DNA of 64,000 nt, taken from contig OZ024766.1 of assembly GCA_964016885.1 (NCBI GenBank), forward strand, positions 19,964,001 to 20,028,000, read 5' to 3'. This document shows positions 1 through 10,563 of the stretch, piece by piece. How positions within the stretch are numbered: the first letter of the stretch is position 1; each line of letters starts with the position of its first letter. This DNA comes from Eledone cirrhosa. Lineage: Eukaryota. Position numbers and translations under genes: made by a program. The notes under the pieces were generated by a model, which worked only from the letters and a program-made list of their open reading frames with translations, was not told where the DNA came from and searched no databases.

Positions 1-258
1 ATATATGTATTCATGTATATATGCATATATATATGTGTATATGTACTGTATATATACATACATACGTTATACATACTAGACAAGATAATACACCTTCACA
101 TCTGATATAAGAATACGGATAGGCTATGTAGCCGGTAAAACCAAAAGGGGTGAAACACATATTGCTATAGTGTTTCACCAGCTCTTCCTCAATCATTCAT
201 AGATGTGAGTGTATATAATAATTATTTTGTATAATGTATCTTTTTATAAATATATATG

Positions 259-900
259 AGTAGATGTGTGTATAACTATGTACATGTGTATATAACGCAG
301 TAGATGTGTGTATAACTCAGTAGATGTGTGTAACTCAGTAGATGTGTGTATAACTCAGTAGATGTGTGTATAACTCAGTAGATGTGTGTAACTCAGTAGA
401 TGTGTGTATAACTCAGTAGATGTGTGTAACTCAGTAGATGTGTGTAACTCAGTAGATGTGTATAACTCTGTAGATGTGTGTGTAACTCAGTAGATGTGTG
501 TGTAACTCAGTAGATGTGTGTGTAACTCAGTAGATGTGTGTGTAACTCAGTAGATGTGTGTGTAACTCTGTAGATGTGTATGTAACTCAGTAGATGTGTG
601 TATAACTCTGTAGATGTGTGTGTAACTCTGTAGATGTGTGTGTGTAACTCAAATAATTGTCCCCCGCCCTCACTTTCGTCTCAAATAATCGTTCCCCACC
701 CTCACTTTGGTCTCAAATAATTGTCCCCCACCCTCACTTTGGTCTCAAATAATTGTCCCCTACCCTCGCTTAGGTCTCAAATAATTGTCCCCCGCCCTCA
801 CTTTGGTCTCAAATAATTGTCCCCCACCCTCACTTTGGTCTCAAATAATTGTCCCCTACCCTCGCTTAGGTCTCAAATAATTTTCCCCCACCCTCACTCA
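259..900. repeat. Compound minisatellite: 18-20 bp (GTAGATGTGTGTRTAACTCW)n, then 32 bp (CAAATAATTGTCCCCCACCCTCACTTTGGTCT)x8
   Basis: Directly visible tandem repeats; the switch is at ~650. Confidence 0.95.
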
Positions 901-1085
901 TTTAATTTTCAGATTTTTTACACCACCACCCCACTCTTGATTCACCCCACCCATTTAAAATAAATAGGATGGGTTGTGGTCTCATTATGTAAACTAAATG
1001 ACTAATTCTGGTTTTCTATCTCTGGTGAAATTTATATGTATATATATATATGTATAGATATATAAATATCTATGCATATGTATAT

Positions 1086-1358
1086 CATCATCATCATCAT
1101 CATTATCACCGTTTTACGTCCGTTCTTCCACGCTAGCACGGGTCAGACGGTTTGTCCTGTTGTGGGCAGTGTCTGGTCGGCTGACCATGCCTTGCTCATA
1201 CAGGAACTCATTTGGCTTGATTTCTACAGCTGGATGCCCTTCCTAACACCAACCTCATTTACAGTGAGTGCTGGGTGCTTTTTCGTGGCGCCTACACGTC
1301 CACTTTACAGTGTGGGCTGGGTGCTTTTTTGCCGTGGCACCTCCACGACCACCTTGCG
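1086..1358 (-). mobile_element. SINE-like or short non-LTR element with (GAT)n tail (RTE-type 3' end)
   Basis: (CAT)n followed by a GC-richer body (CCGTTCTTCCACGCTAGCACGGG...GGATGCCCTTCCTAAC), flanked by GTATAT. Cleanly absent from units 6, 8 and 9. Confidence 0.7.
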
Positions 1359-1994
1359 GTATATATATATAAATATTTATACATATGTATATATATATGT
1401 ATATATATGAGCTCTTAAGACCAGTAAAATAACCTCTCTAGTGCCACAAACAATACACCCAGTCCTTGCTGTAAAGTGGTTGATGAGAGGAAAGGCATCC
1501 TAACAGCAAAGAAAAAAAATAGCGCTAAAATTATGGAAAACCCTACGAATAAAAATTTCTACTAATTGTGTCTACAAGCCTAACACAAGTCATGTTAACG
1601 GGGTGCCTAGTGTAGACTTGTGTGAGAATCCTTTGACTGTTATCAAGCAGTTATAACACAGCACTTATCAAGTGCTGTTATCAAGCAGCTATAACACAGC
1701 ACTTTTCCCCTTCCAGGTAGAAAGAACTGTTACTCAAGGAACTGTCAAGTTACACATCTCAGGTCTCAGACAATTACCATGTTAGAATGTCATATAAGAA
1801 TGAAGTTCTTGGGTAAAGGCTATAGGGCAGACCTACCAAGAGTTAGAAGGATTTAGTTTATAGAGCATCTTGGAATACCACTGCTTACATTGGAGAGAAT
1901 AACTCTGGACAGGAAAGTTGATATCTACAGTTTATCAATATAGAAATATAAAATTTCCAATGTTAAATCTATCTCTGTTTCTAAAGTATTCTCT

Positions 1995-2025
1995 ATTATC
2001 TCATACTGTTTCTTTCTTATTTCAG
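1995..2025 (+). promoter_or_regulatory. Putative 3' splice acceptor of the ZNF coding exon (all nine units)
   Basis: CTCAT branch-like motif, then pyrimidine tract TTTCTTTCTTATTTCAG, ~375-390 nt before ATG. AG ends at 2025, 8637, 16249, 23686, 30950, 37585, 44441, 51301, 58080. Confidence 0.65.
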
Positions 2026-2400
2026 AATATCAGATGACATTGGGATAAAATTATTTTTTAATCTTGAATACATCCCCTCTATTTATCATCATTTCAAGAC
2101 TAAAGGTTTTGATACGGAACTCATATAACACTGTTTATATAAATCTATGGCAGAATTACTGTGAAATATTTCCTCAGAACTGTGTGTCTTGGAAAAATAT
2201 TGTTTCATCAGCATCTGAAATATTTACAAGATGATCTTGAATCTTAACTAAACTTGGATCAGAAAGAAGTTTGCATCATCTTCAGATCTTGACTGAGATC
2301 ACCGTTGCCGGAAATATAGCAAAAGAAATATCTTCAGGAATATAATATATAAAATAAGACAAGAATAACATCTGTAAATTCTGCCAAGGGAAGAAGAAAC

Positions 2401-3525
2401 ATGGAAACTAAATTGAGTGAAAAGAAGATTAAATGTGAAACATTGTCTAGAGATATGGCTATTCCAGCAGAGATGCCAAAGTCTAGAGGAGAGAAACCAT
2501 ATCACTGTGATGTCTGTGGTAAATCATTCTCTGATAGTAGTACCTTAACTAGACACAAACGTATACATACAGGAGACAGGCCATACCACTGTGATATCTG
2601 TGGTAAATCATTCTCTCAAAATGGTCAGTTAATTCCACACAAACGTACCCATACTGGAGACAAGCCATACCACTGTGATATCTGTGGTAAATCATTCTCT
2701 CGAAGTAGTCACTTAACTTGCCACAAAAGTATACATACAGGAGACAAGCCATACCACTGTGATATCTGTGGTAAATCATTCTCCGTAAGTAATAGCTTAA
2801 CTAAACACTTACATACCCATAGTGGAGACAAGCCATACCACTGCGATATCTGTGGTAAATCATTCTCTCAAAGTAGCAACTTAACTAGACACATACGTAT
2901 ACATACAGGAGACAAGCCATACCACTGTGAGATCTGTGGTAAATCATTCTCTGATAGTAGTACCTTAACTGTACACAAATATACCCATACAGGAGACAAG
3001 CCATACCACTGTGATATCTGTGGTAAATCATTCTTTATAAGTAGTCACTTAACTATACACAAACGTATACATACAGGAGACAAGCCATACCACTGTGATA
3101 TCTGTGGTAAATCATTCACTGTAGGTGGTAACTTAACTAAACACTTACATACCCATACAGGAGACAAGCCATACCACTGTGATATCTGTGGTAAATCATT
3201 CTCTGATAGTAGTGCCTTAACTAGACACAAACGTATACATACAGGAGACAAGCCATACCACTGTGATATCTGTGGTAAATCATTCTCTGTAGGTAGTAAC
3301 TTAACTAAACACTTACATACCCATACAGGAGACAAGCCATACCACTGTGATGTCTGTGGTAAATCATTCTCTGTAAGTAGTACCTTAACTAATCACTTAC
3401 GTACCCATACAGGAGACAAGCCATACCACTGCGATATATGTGGTAAATCATTCTCTGAAAGTAGTAACTTAACTAAACACTTACGTACCCATACAGGAGA
3501 CAAGCCATACCTCTGTGATATCTGA
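2401..3525 (+). CDS. Poly-C2H2 zinc-finger protein, copy 1 (12 fingers)
   Basis: 374-aa ORF: 33-aa leader then 28-aa CxxC-x12-HxxxH repeats with TGDKPY linkers. Ends at TGA replacing Cys2 of finger 13. Confidence 0.9.
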   Translation: METKLSEKKIKCETLSRDMAIPAEMPKSRGEKPYHCDVCGKSFSDSSTLTRHKRIHTGDRPYHCDICGKSFSQNGQLIPHKRTHTGDKPYHCDICGKSFSRSSHLTCHKSIHTGDKPYHCDICGKSFSVSNSLTKHLHTHSGDKPYHCDICGKSFSQSSNLTRHIRIHTGDKPYHCEICGKSFSDSSTLTVHKYTHTGDKPYHCDICGKSFFISSHLTIHKRIHTGDKPYHCDICGKSFTVGGNLTKHLHTHTGDKPYHCDICGKSFSDSSALTRHKRIHTGDKPYHCDICGKSFSVGSNLTKHLHTHTGDKPYHCDVCGKSFSVSSTLTNHLRTHTGDKPYHCDICGKSFSESSNLTKHLRTHTGDKPYLCDI

Positions 3526-3678
3526 GGTAAATCATTCTCTGTAAGTAGTACCTTAACGAATCACTTACGTACCCATACAGGAGACAAGCCATACCACTGC
3601 GATATCTGAGGTAAATCATTCTCTGTATTAAGTAGTTTAACTAGACACAAATATACCCATATGGGTGAGAACCCATAA
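3526..3678 (+). pseudogene. In-frame fingers stranded behind TGA codons (copy 1)
   Basis: Finger frame continues (VSSTLTN, second TGA at 3607-3609, VLSSLTR...MGENP TAA). Confidence 0.85.
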
Positions 3679-4165
3679 CGAAAAAATATCTCGTCTGAAA
3701 ATGGTGAATTAAACACAAATACATTCGTATGAGAAGCCATGCCACTGGGCTATTCTCTTTCATTGCTGTATTAACTTCATACAAACATATATGTACTGGA
3801 GAAAAGCCATATCAATGTAATATCTGTGGTAAATTGTTATACACGATAGCTTGTTCAATTAGACACAAACATATACATACAGGAGAGAAATCATATCACT
3901 GTGATATCTGTGGGAAATCATTCTCTGAAATAACTCACTTCATTCGGCACTAACATTTACAGGAGAGGAACTATATCACTGTGATGTCTGCAGTAAATAA
4001 TTCTCTAAATGTTGTGGCTTCACTAGACACTAACATTTACAGGAGAGGAACTATATCACTGTGATGTCTGCAGTAAATCATTCTCTAAATGTTGTGGCTT
4101 CACTAGACACTAACATATACAGGAGAGGAACCATATCACTGTGATGTCTGTGGTAAATCATTCTC
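3679..4165 (+). pseudogene. Degenerate zinc-finger tail including an 80-bp finger-derived tandem repeat (present after every copy)
   Basis: Decayed GEK/EPYHCDVC-KSFS motifs with stops and indels; repeat starts 3961, 4041, 4121. Equivalents at ~11060-11460, 18418-18897, 26025-26505, 32964-33450, 39167-39732, 46455-46942, 53135-53700. Confidence 0.85.
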
Positions 4166-4252
4166 TTGTAAAGATTACTTAATGCAACACAATCAGACAA
4201 GATAAAAACCATATCACTCACCCAAAATAGTGCCACCAATGTTAATATTTTG

Positions 4253-4258
4253 AATAAA
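4253..4258 (+). terminator. Candidate polyadenylation signal (conserved in all units; a second AATAAA at 4537-4542)
   Basis: AATAAA downstream of the finger tail, followed by T-rich sequence. AT-rich context lowers specificity. Confidence 0.4.
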
Positions 4259-4545
4259 ACTGTTTTACTAAGAAATTCTTCTCCTTTCATTTTATTTGTA
4301 GAAGTTGTAACCAAGACTTGTGCTGACAAATCTGTATCGTTCAGAATTTACATACGCTATATATATGTGAATGTATGTGTGTAGAAATATGTGTCCCCTT
4401 TTATTTGTTGCATATGTAGTGGATAAATGTATTCTTTTGTGTATGAATGATAAAAAGAATAATGCCAGAATTGTGATGTTGACAATGTTTATTTTACAAT
4501 AACAATATTCACTTGTTGCTACATTGAATATCAAGTAATAAAAAT

Positions 4546-5178
4546 TGTGACAGGAATTATCACTACATCAATTTGCTGACTAGCTACTTCGAGCTAGCGT
4601 GCATGTATGTATCAATACAACGATACAATAGAAGTGATTCAACAGAAAGACAAAAGAATAGATAAAAAACAGTAGTAAACAGTATAATGAAATCTACTGA
4701 GTGTGTGTGTATCCTTAGTATTTGTTATTCCTCTCAAGGACTGCTGCTTTGGTCTCTATTGTCTGGTGGCGTAGTCTGTGGCCAAGAAGGTGAGAGCCAG
4801 TAAGGCCAGGAGAGAGAGATAGAGTAAAAGGTCAGTAGAAGTCTGCAGACCCCAAGAGGTCTGTAGAATGTGAATGTTTCACATCATTATTCTCTTAAGG
4901 ACTACTGCTTCGTGGTCTGGCTGCTGGATTCCCTTTGTACTTGTATTTATAATAACCCTATAGCTAGATGTGTATACAGGGTTGATTTATGAGTAGCCAT
5001 GTGAGTTTCAGCTATCTTGAAGCTGGGGTCACAGGTCAAGTGGCATGTATGTTCATCATTGTTGTCTCTTGACAGGACAATGGTGGGAAACTCGCAACGA
5101 TAGGAGGTCCCAGATGCGAGAACTTTTAGATTCGGTTTCGAATCTTCGCCAGGTAATTTATAGGAGAATTCCGTTACA
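4546..5178 (-). mobile_element. Solo-LTR-like element (633 bp), unit 1
   Basis: TGT...ACA termini with an imperfect inverted repeat (TGTGACAGGAATT / AATTCCGTTACA); TATAAATA on the minus strand at 4951-4944. No target-site duplication seen. Confidence 0.6.
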
Positions 5179-5575
5179 CATCTATTAATGACATAGATGG
5201 CAACTTAAAGTATGTCACAGTACTGAAATATGCAGATGACACCAAGCTGTCGCTTGAGATAAAAAGGACAGATCCTGAACACTATAGATCTGGACACAAT
5301 GCAGCAATAGACCACGGACTGGCAACTCAAGCTGGCTGTGTACAAGTGTACGACCATGCATTTATCTATCTATTTAAAGCTGTAAATAGCTATGGTGCGG
5401 CCACACTTAGAAATTGCATCACCTGTCTGGAACCCCTATCTTGCTCAGAACATTGACCTCCTGGAAATTGTTTAGAGACGTGCAACCAAGTGAATACCCT
5501 CCATCAAGCATCTACCATACTCTGAATGCCTTGCTTCCCTGGGTATGGATACATTGAAGGTATGACGTCTGGAAC
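5179..5575 (+). mobile_element. Decayed CR1/Jockey-group LINE reverse-transcriptase fragment, unit 1
   Basis: Manual translation across frameshifts and stops: INDIDGNLKYVTVLKYADDTKL, DLDTMQQ*TTDWQLKLAVYKC, MVRPHLEIASPVWNPY...LLEIV*RRATK. These are typical CR1-type ORF2 motifs. Confidence 0.85.
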
Positions 5576-6020
5576 TTGCTACTTATTGCACCTGAGCATC
5601 AGCCACATATAAAATCTACGTTCTTAGATAGCTGGCCTGTGTTCCCAGTACTTCTATTATGTACCCATAGTTTGTATTTGGGACATAAAATGGAATTTCT
5701 ACCTACTCCTTTCCTACACACTGAACATGGCCATTTCCCAGAGGGCACCTGTGCCCTATTTTCCTTCCTACAAACTAGAACTTTAGTCTTAGACAAGTTA
5801 ACTTTAAGGCCTTTTGATTCTAGGCCATGCTTCCATGTTTGGAATATCTTATCTAGTTCAGCTGTTAGATCATCTGCGTATAGAAGTTCCCATGGGCAGC
5901 CAGTCTTAAACTCCTCTGTTTTAGCCTGAAGGGCAATAATAAATAGGAGGGGGCTAAGGACTGAGCCTTGATGAACACCAACTTTTATACTAAATTCTTC
6001 ACTGTATTCATTGCTAATTC
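5576..6020 (-). mobile_element. RTE-type LINE reverse-transcriptase fragment with Cys-rich (PHD-like) segment, unit 1
   Basis: ORF 5599..6033: GVHQGSVLSPLLF, LLYADDL, GLKVNLSKTKV, then CSVC...C..(Y)..WVH...CG*C. Confidence 0.88.
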
Positions 6021-6060
6021 TATATATATACACGTATTTATGTGTATATATATAAATAAT

Positions 6061-6346
6061 TACTACACCACATTCTTCGCCTAAGTATAATTTGTAATGT
6101 TATTTACAAAACTAGGAATAAAATAATTCTTAAGATATTCACTGCGAACCTGTACTCTCTCTATATCTTTTTTGGACCTGGTGTGTATATATATATATAT
6201 ATATATACATATATACGTATATATTTTTTTTATCTATTTCACATTTGTGCTATTTGTAATGTTATGTATACAACCAGGAATAAAATGATTCTTCCCCTAA
6301 TCCTTACCATTCACTGCGAGACCGTACTTGCTGTTCGGCCCTGGGA

Positions 6347-6402
<56 letters not shown>

Positions 6403-6510
6403 CTACAGCAAATTATTTGTCTCAGTATAATTTGTAATGTTATTTATACAACCAGGAATAAAATAATTCTTACTCTAAACCTTACCATTCACTGCGAGAC
6501 TCTACTGTCT
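6061..6510. repeat. Three imperfect copies of a ~75-105 bp motif separated by (TA)n tracts (in units 1-8; resumes at ~63965)
   Basis: ATTTGTAATGTTAT...CCAGGAATAAAAT.ATTCTT...ATTCACTGCGA cores at ~6090, ~6252 and ~6430. Confidence 0.85.
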
Positions 6511-7024
6511 TTACTTCCTGTTCCTGCCCCACCTACTTTCGTTCATTCATTAATTTACTTCAAACTCAATCAATTCCTGCCTCTTTCTTCTATATTTTAT
6601 ATTTTCAAGGTATTTCAACAATTTTTATCTGTTTTACGTTTCTTTCATTAATTTATTCCGTTTTATATTTAAAATATTTCTGACTAATTTTTCCCGTATT
6701 TTCTGTCTAAATATTTATATACTTTATATATATAAAGTATATATAAATATGTATATATAAATATATGTCTATATATATATATGTATTCATGTATATATGC
6801 ATATATATATGTGTATATGTATTGTATATATACATTATACATACTAGACAAGATAATACACCTACACATCTGATATAAGAATACGGATAGGCTATGTAGC
6901 CGGTAAAACCAAAAGGGGTGAAACACATTGCTATAGTGTTTCACCAGCTCTTCCTCAATCATTCATAGATGTGAGTGTATATAATAATTATTTTGTATAA
7001 TGTATCTTTTTATAAATATATATG

Positions 7025-7553
7025 AGTAGATGTGTGTATAACTATGTACATGTGTATATAACGCAGTAGATGTGTGTATAACTCAGTAGATGTGTGTAAC
7101 TCAGTAGATGTGTGTATAACTCAGTAGATGTGTGTATAACTCAGTAGATGTGTGTAACTCAGTAGATGTGTGTATAACTCAGTAGATGTGTGTAACTCAG
7201 TAGATGTGTGTAACTCAGTAGATGTGTATAACTCTGTAGATGTGTGTTTAACTCTGTAGATGTGTGTGTAACTCAGTAGATGTGTGTGTAACTCAGTAGA
7301 TGTGTGTGTAACTCAGTAGATGTGTGTGTAACTCTGTAGATGTGTGTGTAACTCAGTAGATGTGTGTGTAACTCAGTAGATGTGTGTATAACTCAGATGT
7401 GTGTGTAACTCAGTAGATGTGTGTGTAGCTCAAATAATTGTCCCCCGCCCTCACTTTCGTCTCAAATAATCGTTCCCCACCCTCACTTTGGTCTCAAATA
7501 ATTGTCCCCTACCCTCGCTTAGGTCTCAAATAATTTTCCCCCACCCTCACTCA
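7025..7553. repeat. Compound minisatellite, unit 2 (32-mer x4)
   Basis: As unit 1. Confidence 0.95.
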
Positions 7554-7738
7554 TTTAATTTTCAGATTTTTTACACCACCACCACACTCTTGATTCACCC
7601 CACCCATTTAAAATAAATAGGATGGGTTGTGGTCTCATTATGTAAACTAAATGACTAATTCTGGTTTTCTATCTCTGGTGAAATTTATATGTATATGTAT
7701 ATATGTATAGATATATAAATATCTATGCATATGTATAT

Positions 7739-8011
7739 CATCATCATCATCATCATTATCACCGTTTTACGTCCGTTCTTCCACGCTAGCACGGGTTAGA
7801 CGGGTTGTCCTGTTGTGGGCAGTGTCTGGTCGGCTGACCATGCCATGCTCATACAGGAACTCATTTGGCTTGATTTCTACAGCTGGATGCCCTTCCTAAC
7901 ACCAACCTCATTTACAGTGAGTGCTGGGTGCTTTTTCGTGGCGCCTACACGTCCACTTTACAGTGTGGGCTGGGTGCTTTTTTGCCGTGGCACCTCCATG
8001 ACCACCTTGCG
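7739..8011 (-). mobile_element. SINE-like element, unit 2
   Basis: Copy of 1086-1358. Confidence 0.7.
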
Positions 8012-9024
8012 GTATATATATATAAATATTTATACATATGTATATATATATGTATATATATGAGCTCTTAAGACCAGTAAAATAACCTCTCTAGTGCCAC
8101 AAACAATACACCCAGTCCTTGCTGTAAAGTGGTTGATGAGAGGAAAGGCATCCAAACAGCAAAGAAAAAAAATAGCGCTAAAATTATGGAAAACCCTACG
8201 AATAAAAATTTCTACTAATTGTGTCTACAAGCCTAACACAAGTCATGTTAACGGGGTGCCTAGTGTAGCCTTGTGTGAGAATCCTTTGACTGTTATCAAG
8301 CAATTACACAGCACTTTTCCCCTTCCAGGTAGAAAGAACTGTTACTCAAGGAACTATCAAGTTACACATCTCAGGTCTCAGACAATTACCATGTTAGAGT
8401 GTCATATAAGAATGAAGTTCTTGGGTAAAGGCTATAGGGCAGACCTCCCAAAAGTTAGAAGGATATAGTTTATAGAGCATCTTGGAATACCACTGCTTAC
8501 ATTGGAGAGAATAACTCTGGACAGGAAAGTTGATATCTACAGTTTATCAATATAGAAATATAAAATTTCCAATGTTAAATCTATCTCTGTTTCTAAAGTA
8601 TTCTCTATTATCTCATACTGTTTCTTTCTTATTTCAGAATATCAGATGACATTGGGATAAAATTATTTTTTAATCTTGAATACATCCCCTCTATTTATCA
8701 TCATTTCAAGAATAAAGGTTTTGATACGGAACTCATATAACACTGTTTATATAAATCTACGGCAGAATTAGTGTGAAATATTTCCTCGGAACTGTGTGTC
8801 TTGGAAAAATTCTTGGAAAAGTATTGTTTCATCACCATCTGAAATATTTACAAGATGATTTTGAATCTTAACTAAACTTGGATCAGAAAGAAGTTTGCAT
8901 CATCTTCAGATCTTGACTGAGATCACCGTTGCCGGAAATTTAGCAGAAGAAATATCTTCAGGAATATAATATATAAAATAAGTCGAGAATAACATCTGTA
9001 AATTCTGCCAAGGGAAGAAGAAAC

Positions 9025-10563
9025 ATGGAAACTAAATTGAGTGAGAAGAAGATGAAATGTGAAACATTGTCTAAAGATATGGCTATTCCAGAAGAGATGT
9101 CAAAGTCTAGAGGAGAGAAACCATATCACTGTGATGTCTGTGGTAAATCATTCTCTGTTAGTAGTACCTTAACTACCCACAAAAGTATACATACAGGAGA
9201 CAAGCCATACCACTGCGATATCTGTGGTAAATCATTCTCTCAAAGTAATCACTTAACTTGCCACAAACGTATACATACAGGAGACAAGCCATATCACTGT
9301 GATATCTGTGGTAAATCATTCTCTCAAAGTAATACCTTAACTAACCACAAACGTATACATACAGGAGACAAGCTATATCACTGTGATATCTGTGGTAAAT
9401 CATTCTCTGATAGTAGTGCCTTAACTAGCCACAAACGTATACATACAGGAGACAAGCCATATCACTGTGATATCTGTGGTAAATCATTCTCTGTAAGTAG
9501 TGCCTTAACTAGCCACAAACGTGTACATACACGCAACAAGCCATACCACTGTGATGTCTGTGGTAAATCATTCTCTGTAAGTAATGCCTTAACTAGCCAC
9601 AAACGTATACATACAGGAGACAAGCCATATCACTGTGATATCTGTGGTAAATCATTCTCTGTAAGTTGTAGCTTAACTAGACACAAACGTACCCATACAG
9701 GAGACAAGCCATACCACTGTGATATCTGTGGTAAATCATTCTCTGATAGGAGTGCCTTAACTAGCCACAAACGTATACATACAGGAGACAAGCCATATCA
9801 CTGTGATATCTGTGGTAAATCATGCTCTGTAATTAGTAACTTAACTAGCCACAAACGTATACATACAGGAGACACGCCATATCACTGTGATATCTGTGGT
9901 AAATCATTCTCTCAAAGTAGTACCTTAACTAACCACAAACGTATACATACAGGAGACAAGCCATATCACTGTGATATCTGTGGTAAATCATTCTCTGATA
10001 GGAGTGCCTTAACTAGCCACAAACGTATACATACAGGAGACAAGCCATATCACTGTGATATCTGTGGTAAATCATTCTCTCGAAGTAGTGACTTAACTAG
10101 CCACAAACGTGTACATACACGCAACAAGCCATACCACTGTGATGTCTGTGGTAAATCATTCTCTCAAAGTAATACCTTAACTAACCACAAACGTATACAT
10201 ACAGGAGACAAGCCATATCACTGTGATATCTGTGGTAAATCATTCTCTGTAAGTTGTAGCTTAACTAGACACAAACGTACCCATACAGGAGACAAGCCAT
10301 ACCACTGTGATATCTGTGGTAAATCATTCTCTGTAAGTAATGCCTTAACTAGCCACAAACGTATACATACAGGAGACAAGCCATACCACTGCGACATCTG
10401 TGGTAAATCATTCTCTGTAAATGGTAACTTAACTAGCCACAAACGTATACATACAGGAGACAAGCCATACCACTGCGACATCTGTGGTAAATCATTCTCT
10501 CAAAGTAGTCACTTAACTAGCCACAAACGTATACATACAGGAGACACAGCCATACCACTGTGA
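9025..10563 (+). CDS. Poly-C2H2 zinc-finger protein, copy 2 (17 fingers, frameshift-truncated)
   Basis: 512-aa ORF. A 1-bp insertion at ~10547 (GAC AAG CCA to GAC ACA GCC) gives a TAIPL* end. Confidence 0.88.
   Translation: METKLSEKKMKCETLSKDMAIPEEMSKSRGEKPYHCDVCGKSFSVSSTLTTHKSIHTGDKPYHCDICGKSFSQSNHLTCHKRIHTGDKPYHCDICGKSFSQSNTLTNHKRIHTGDKLYHCDICGKSFSDSSALTSHKRIHTGDKPYHCDICGKSFSVSSALTSHKRVHTRNKPYHCDVCGKSFSVSNALTSHKRIHTGDKPYHCDICGKSFSVSCSLTRHKRTHTGDKPYHCDICGKSFSDRSALTSHKRIHTGDKPYHCDICGKSCSVISNLTSHKRIHTGDTPYHCDICGKSFSQSSTLTNHKRIHTGDKPYHCDICGKSFSDRSALTSHKRIHTGDKPYHCDICGKSFSRSSDLTSHKRVHTRNKPYHCDVCGKSFSQSNTLTNHKRIHTGDKPYHCDICGKSFSVSCSLTRHKRTHTGDKPYHCDICGKSFSVSNALTSHKRIHTGDKPYHCDICGKSFSVNGNLTSHKRIHTGDKPYHCDICGKSFSQSSHLTSHKRIHTGDTAIPL

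Noticed and set aside
259-900. Repeat arrays as CRISPR
   Set aside because: Contiguous tandem units with no unique spacers, no cas genes, and eukaryotic context.
2549-3335. Minus-strand ORFs over the ZNF genes (MSPVWV..., MIYHRYHSG...)
   Set aside because: Antisense shadows of the 84-bp finger repeat; short and variably broken between copies.
2401-3525. Assigning PRDM9 or a vertebrate ZNF gene symbol
   Set aside because: No PR/SET, KRAB or SSXRD domain is visible. The similarity is only in evolutionary pattern and generic finger consensus.
4078-4534. Minus-strand ORFs MSAQVLVTT... and MIFNVATSE... in each unit
   Set aside because: Short, non-ATG starts, lie antisense to the presumed 3' UTR, and have variable ends between units.
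5576-5929. Repeated + strand ORF MLLIAPEHQPH...
   Set aside because: Antisense of the RTE RT fragment with a non-ATG start.
5179-6020. RT fragments as an active RT-driven diversifier (DGR- or retron-like) for the fingers
   Set aside because: Both are short, truncated LINE remnants with stops, frameshifts or lost YADD in several copies. They are passively co-duplicated.
8094-8468. Repeated upstream ORF (…VALCENPLTVIKQLHSTF…)
   Set aside because: Non-ATG start, no recognisable domain, and disrupted in units 1 and 5. Recurrence is explained by the duplication.
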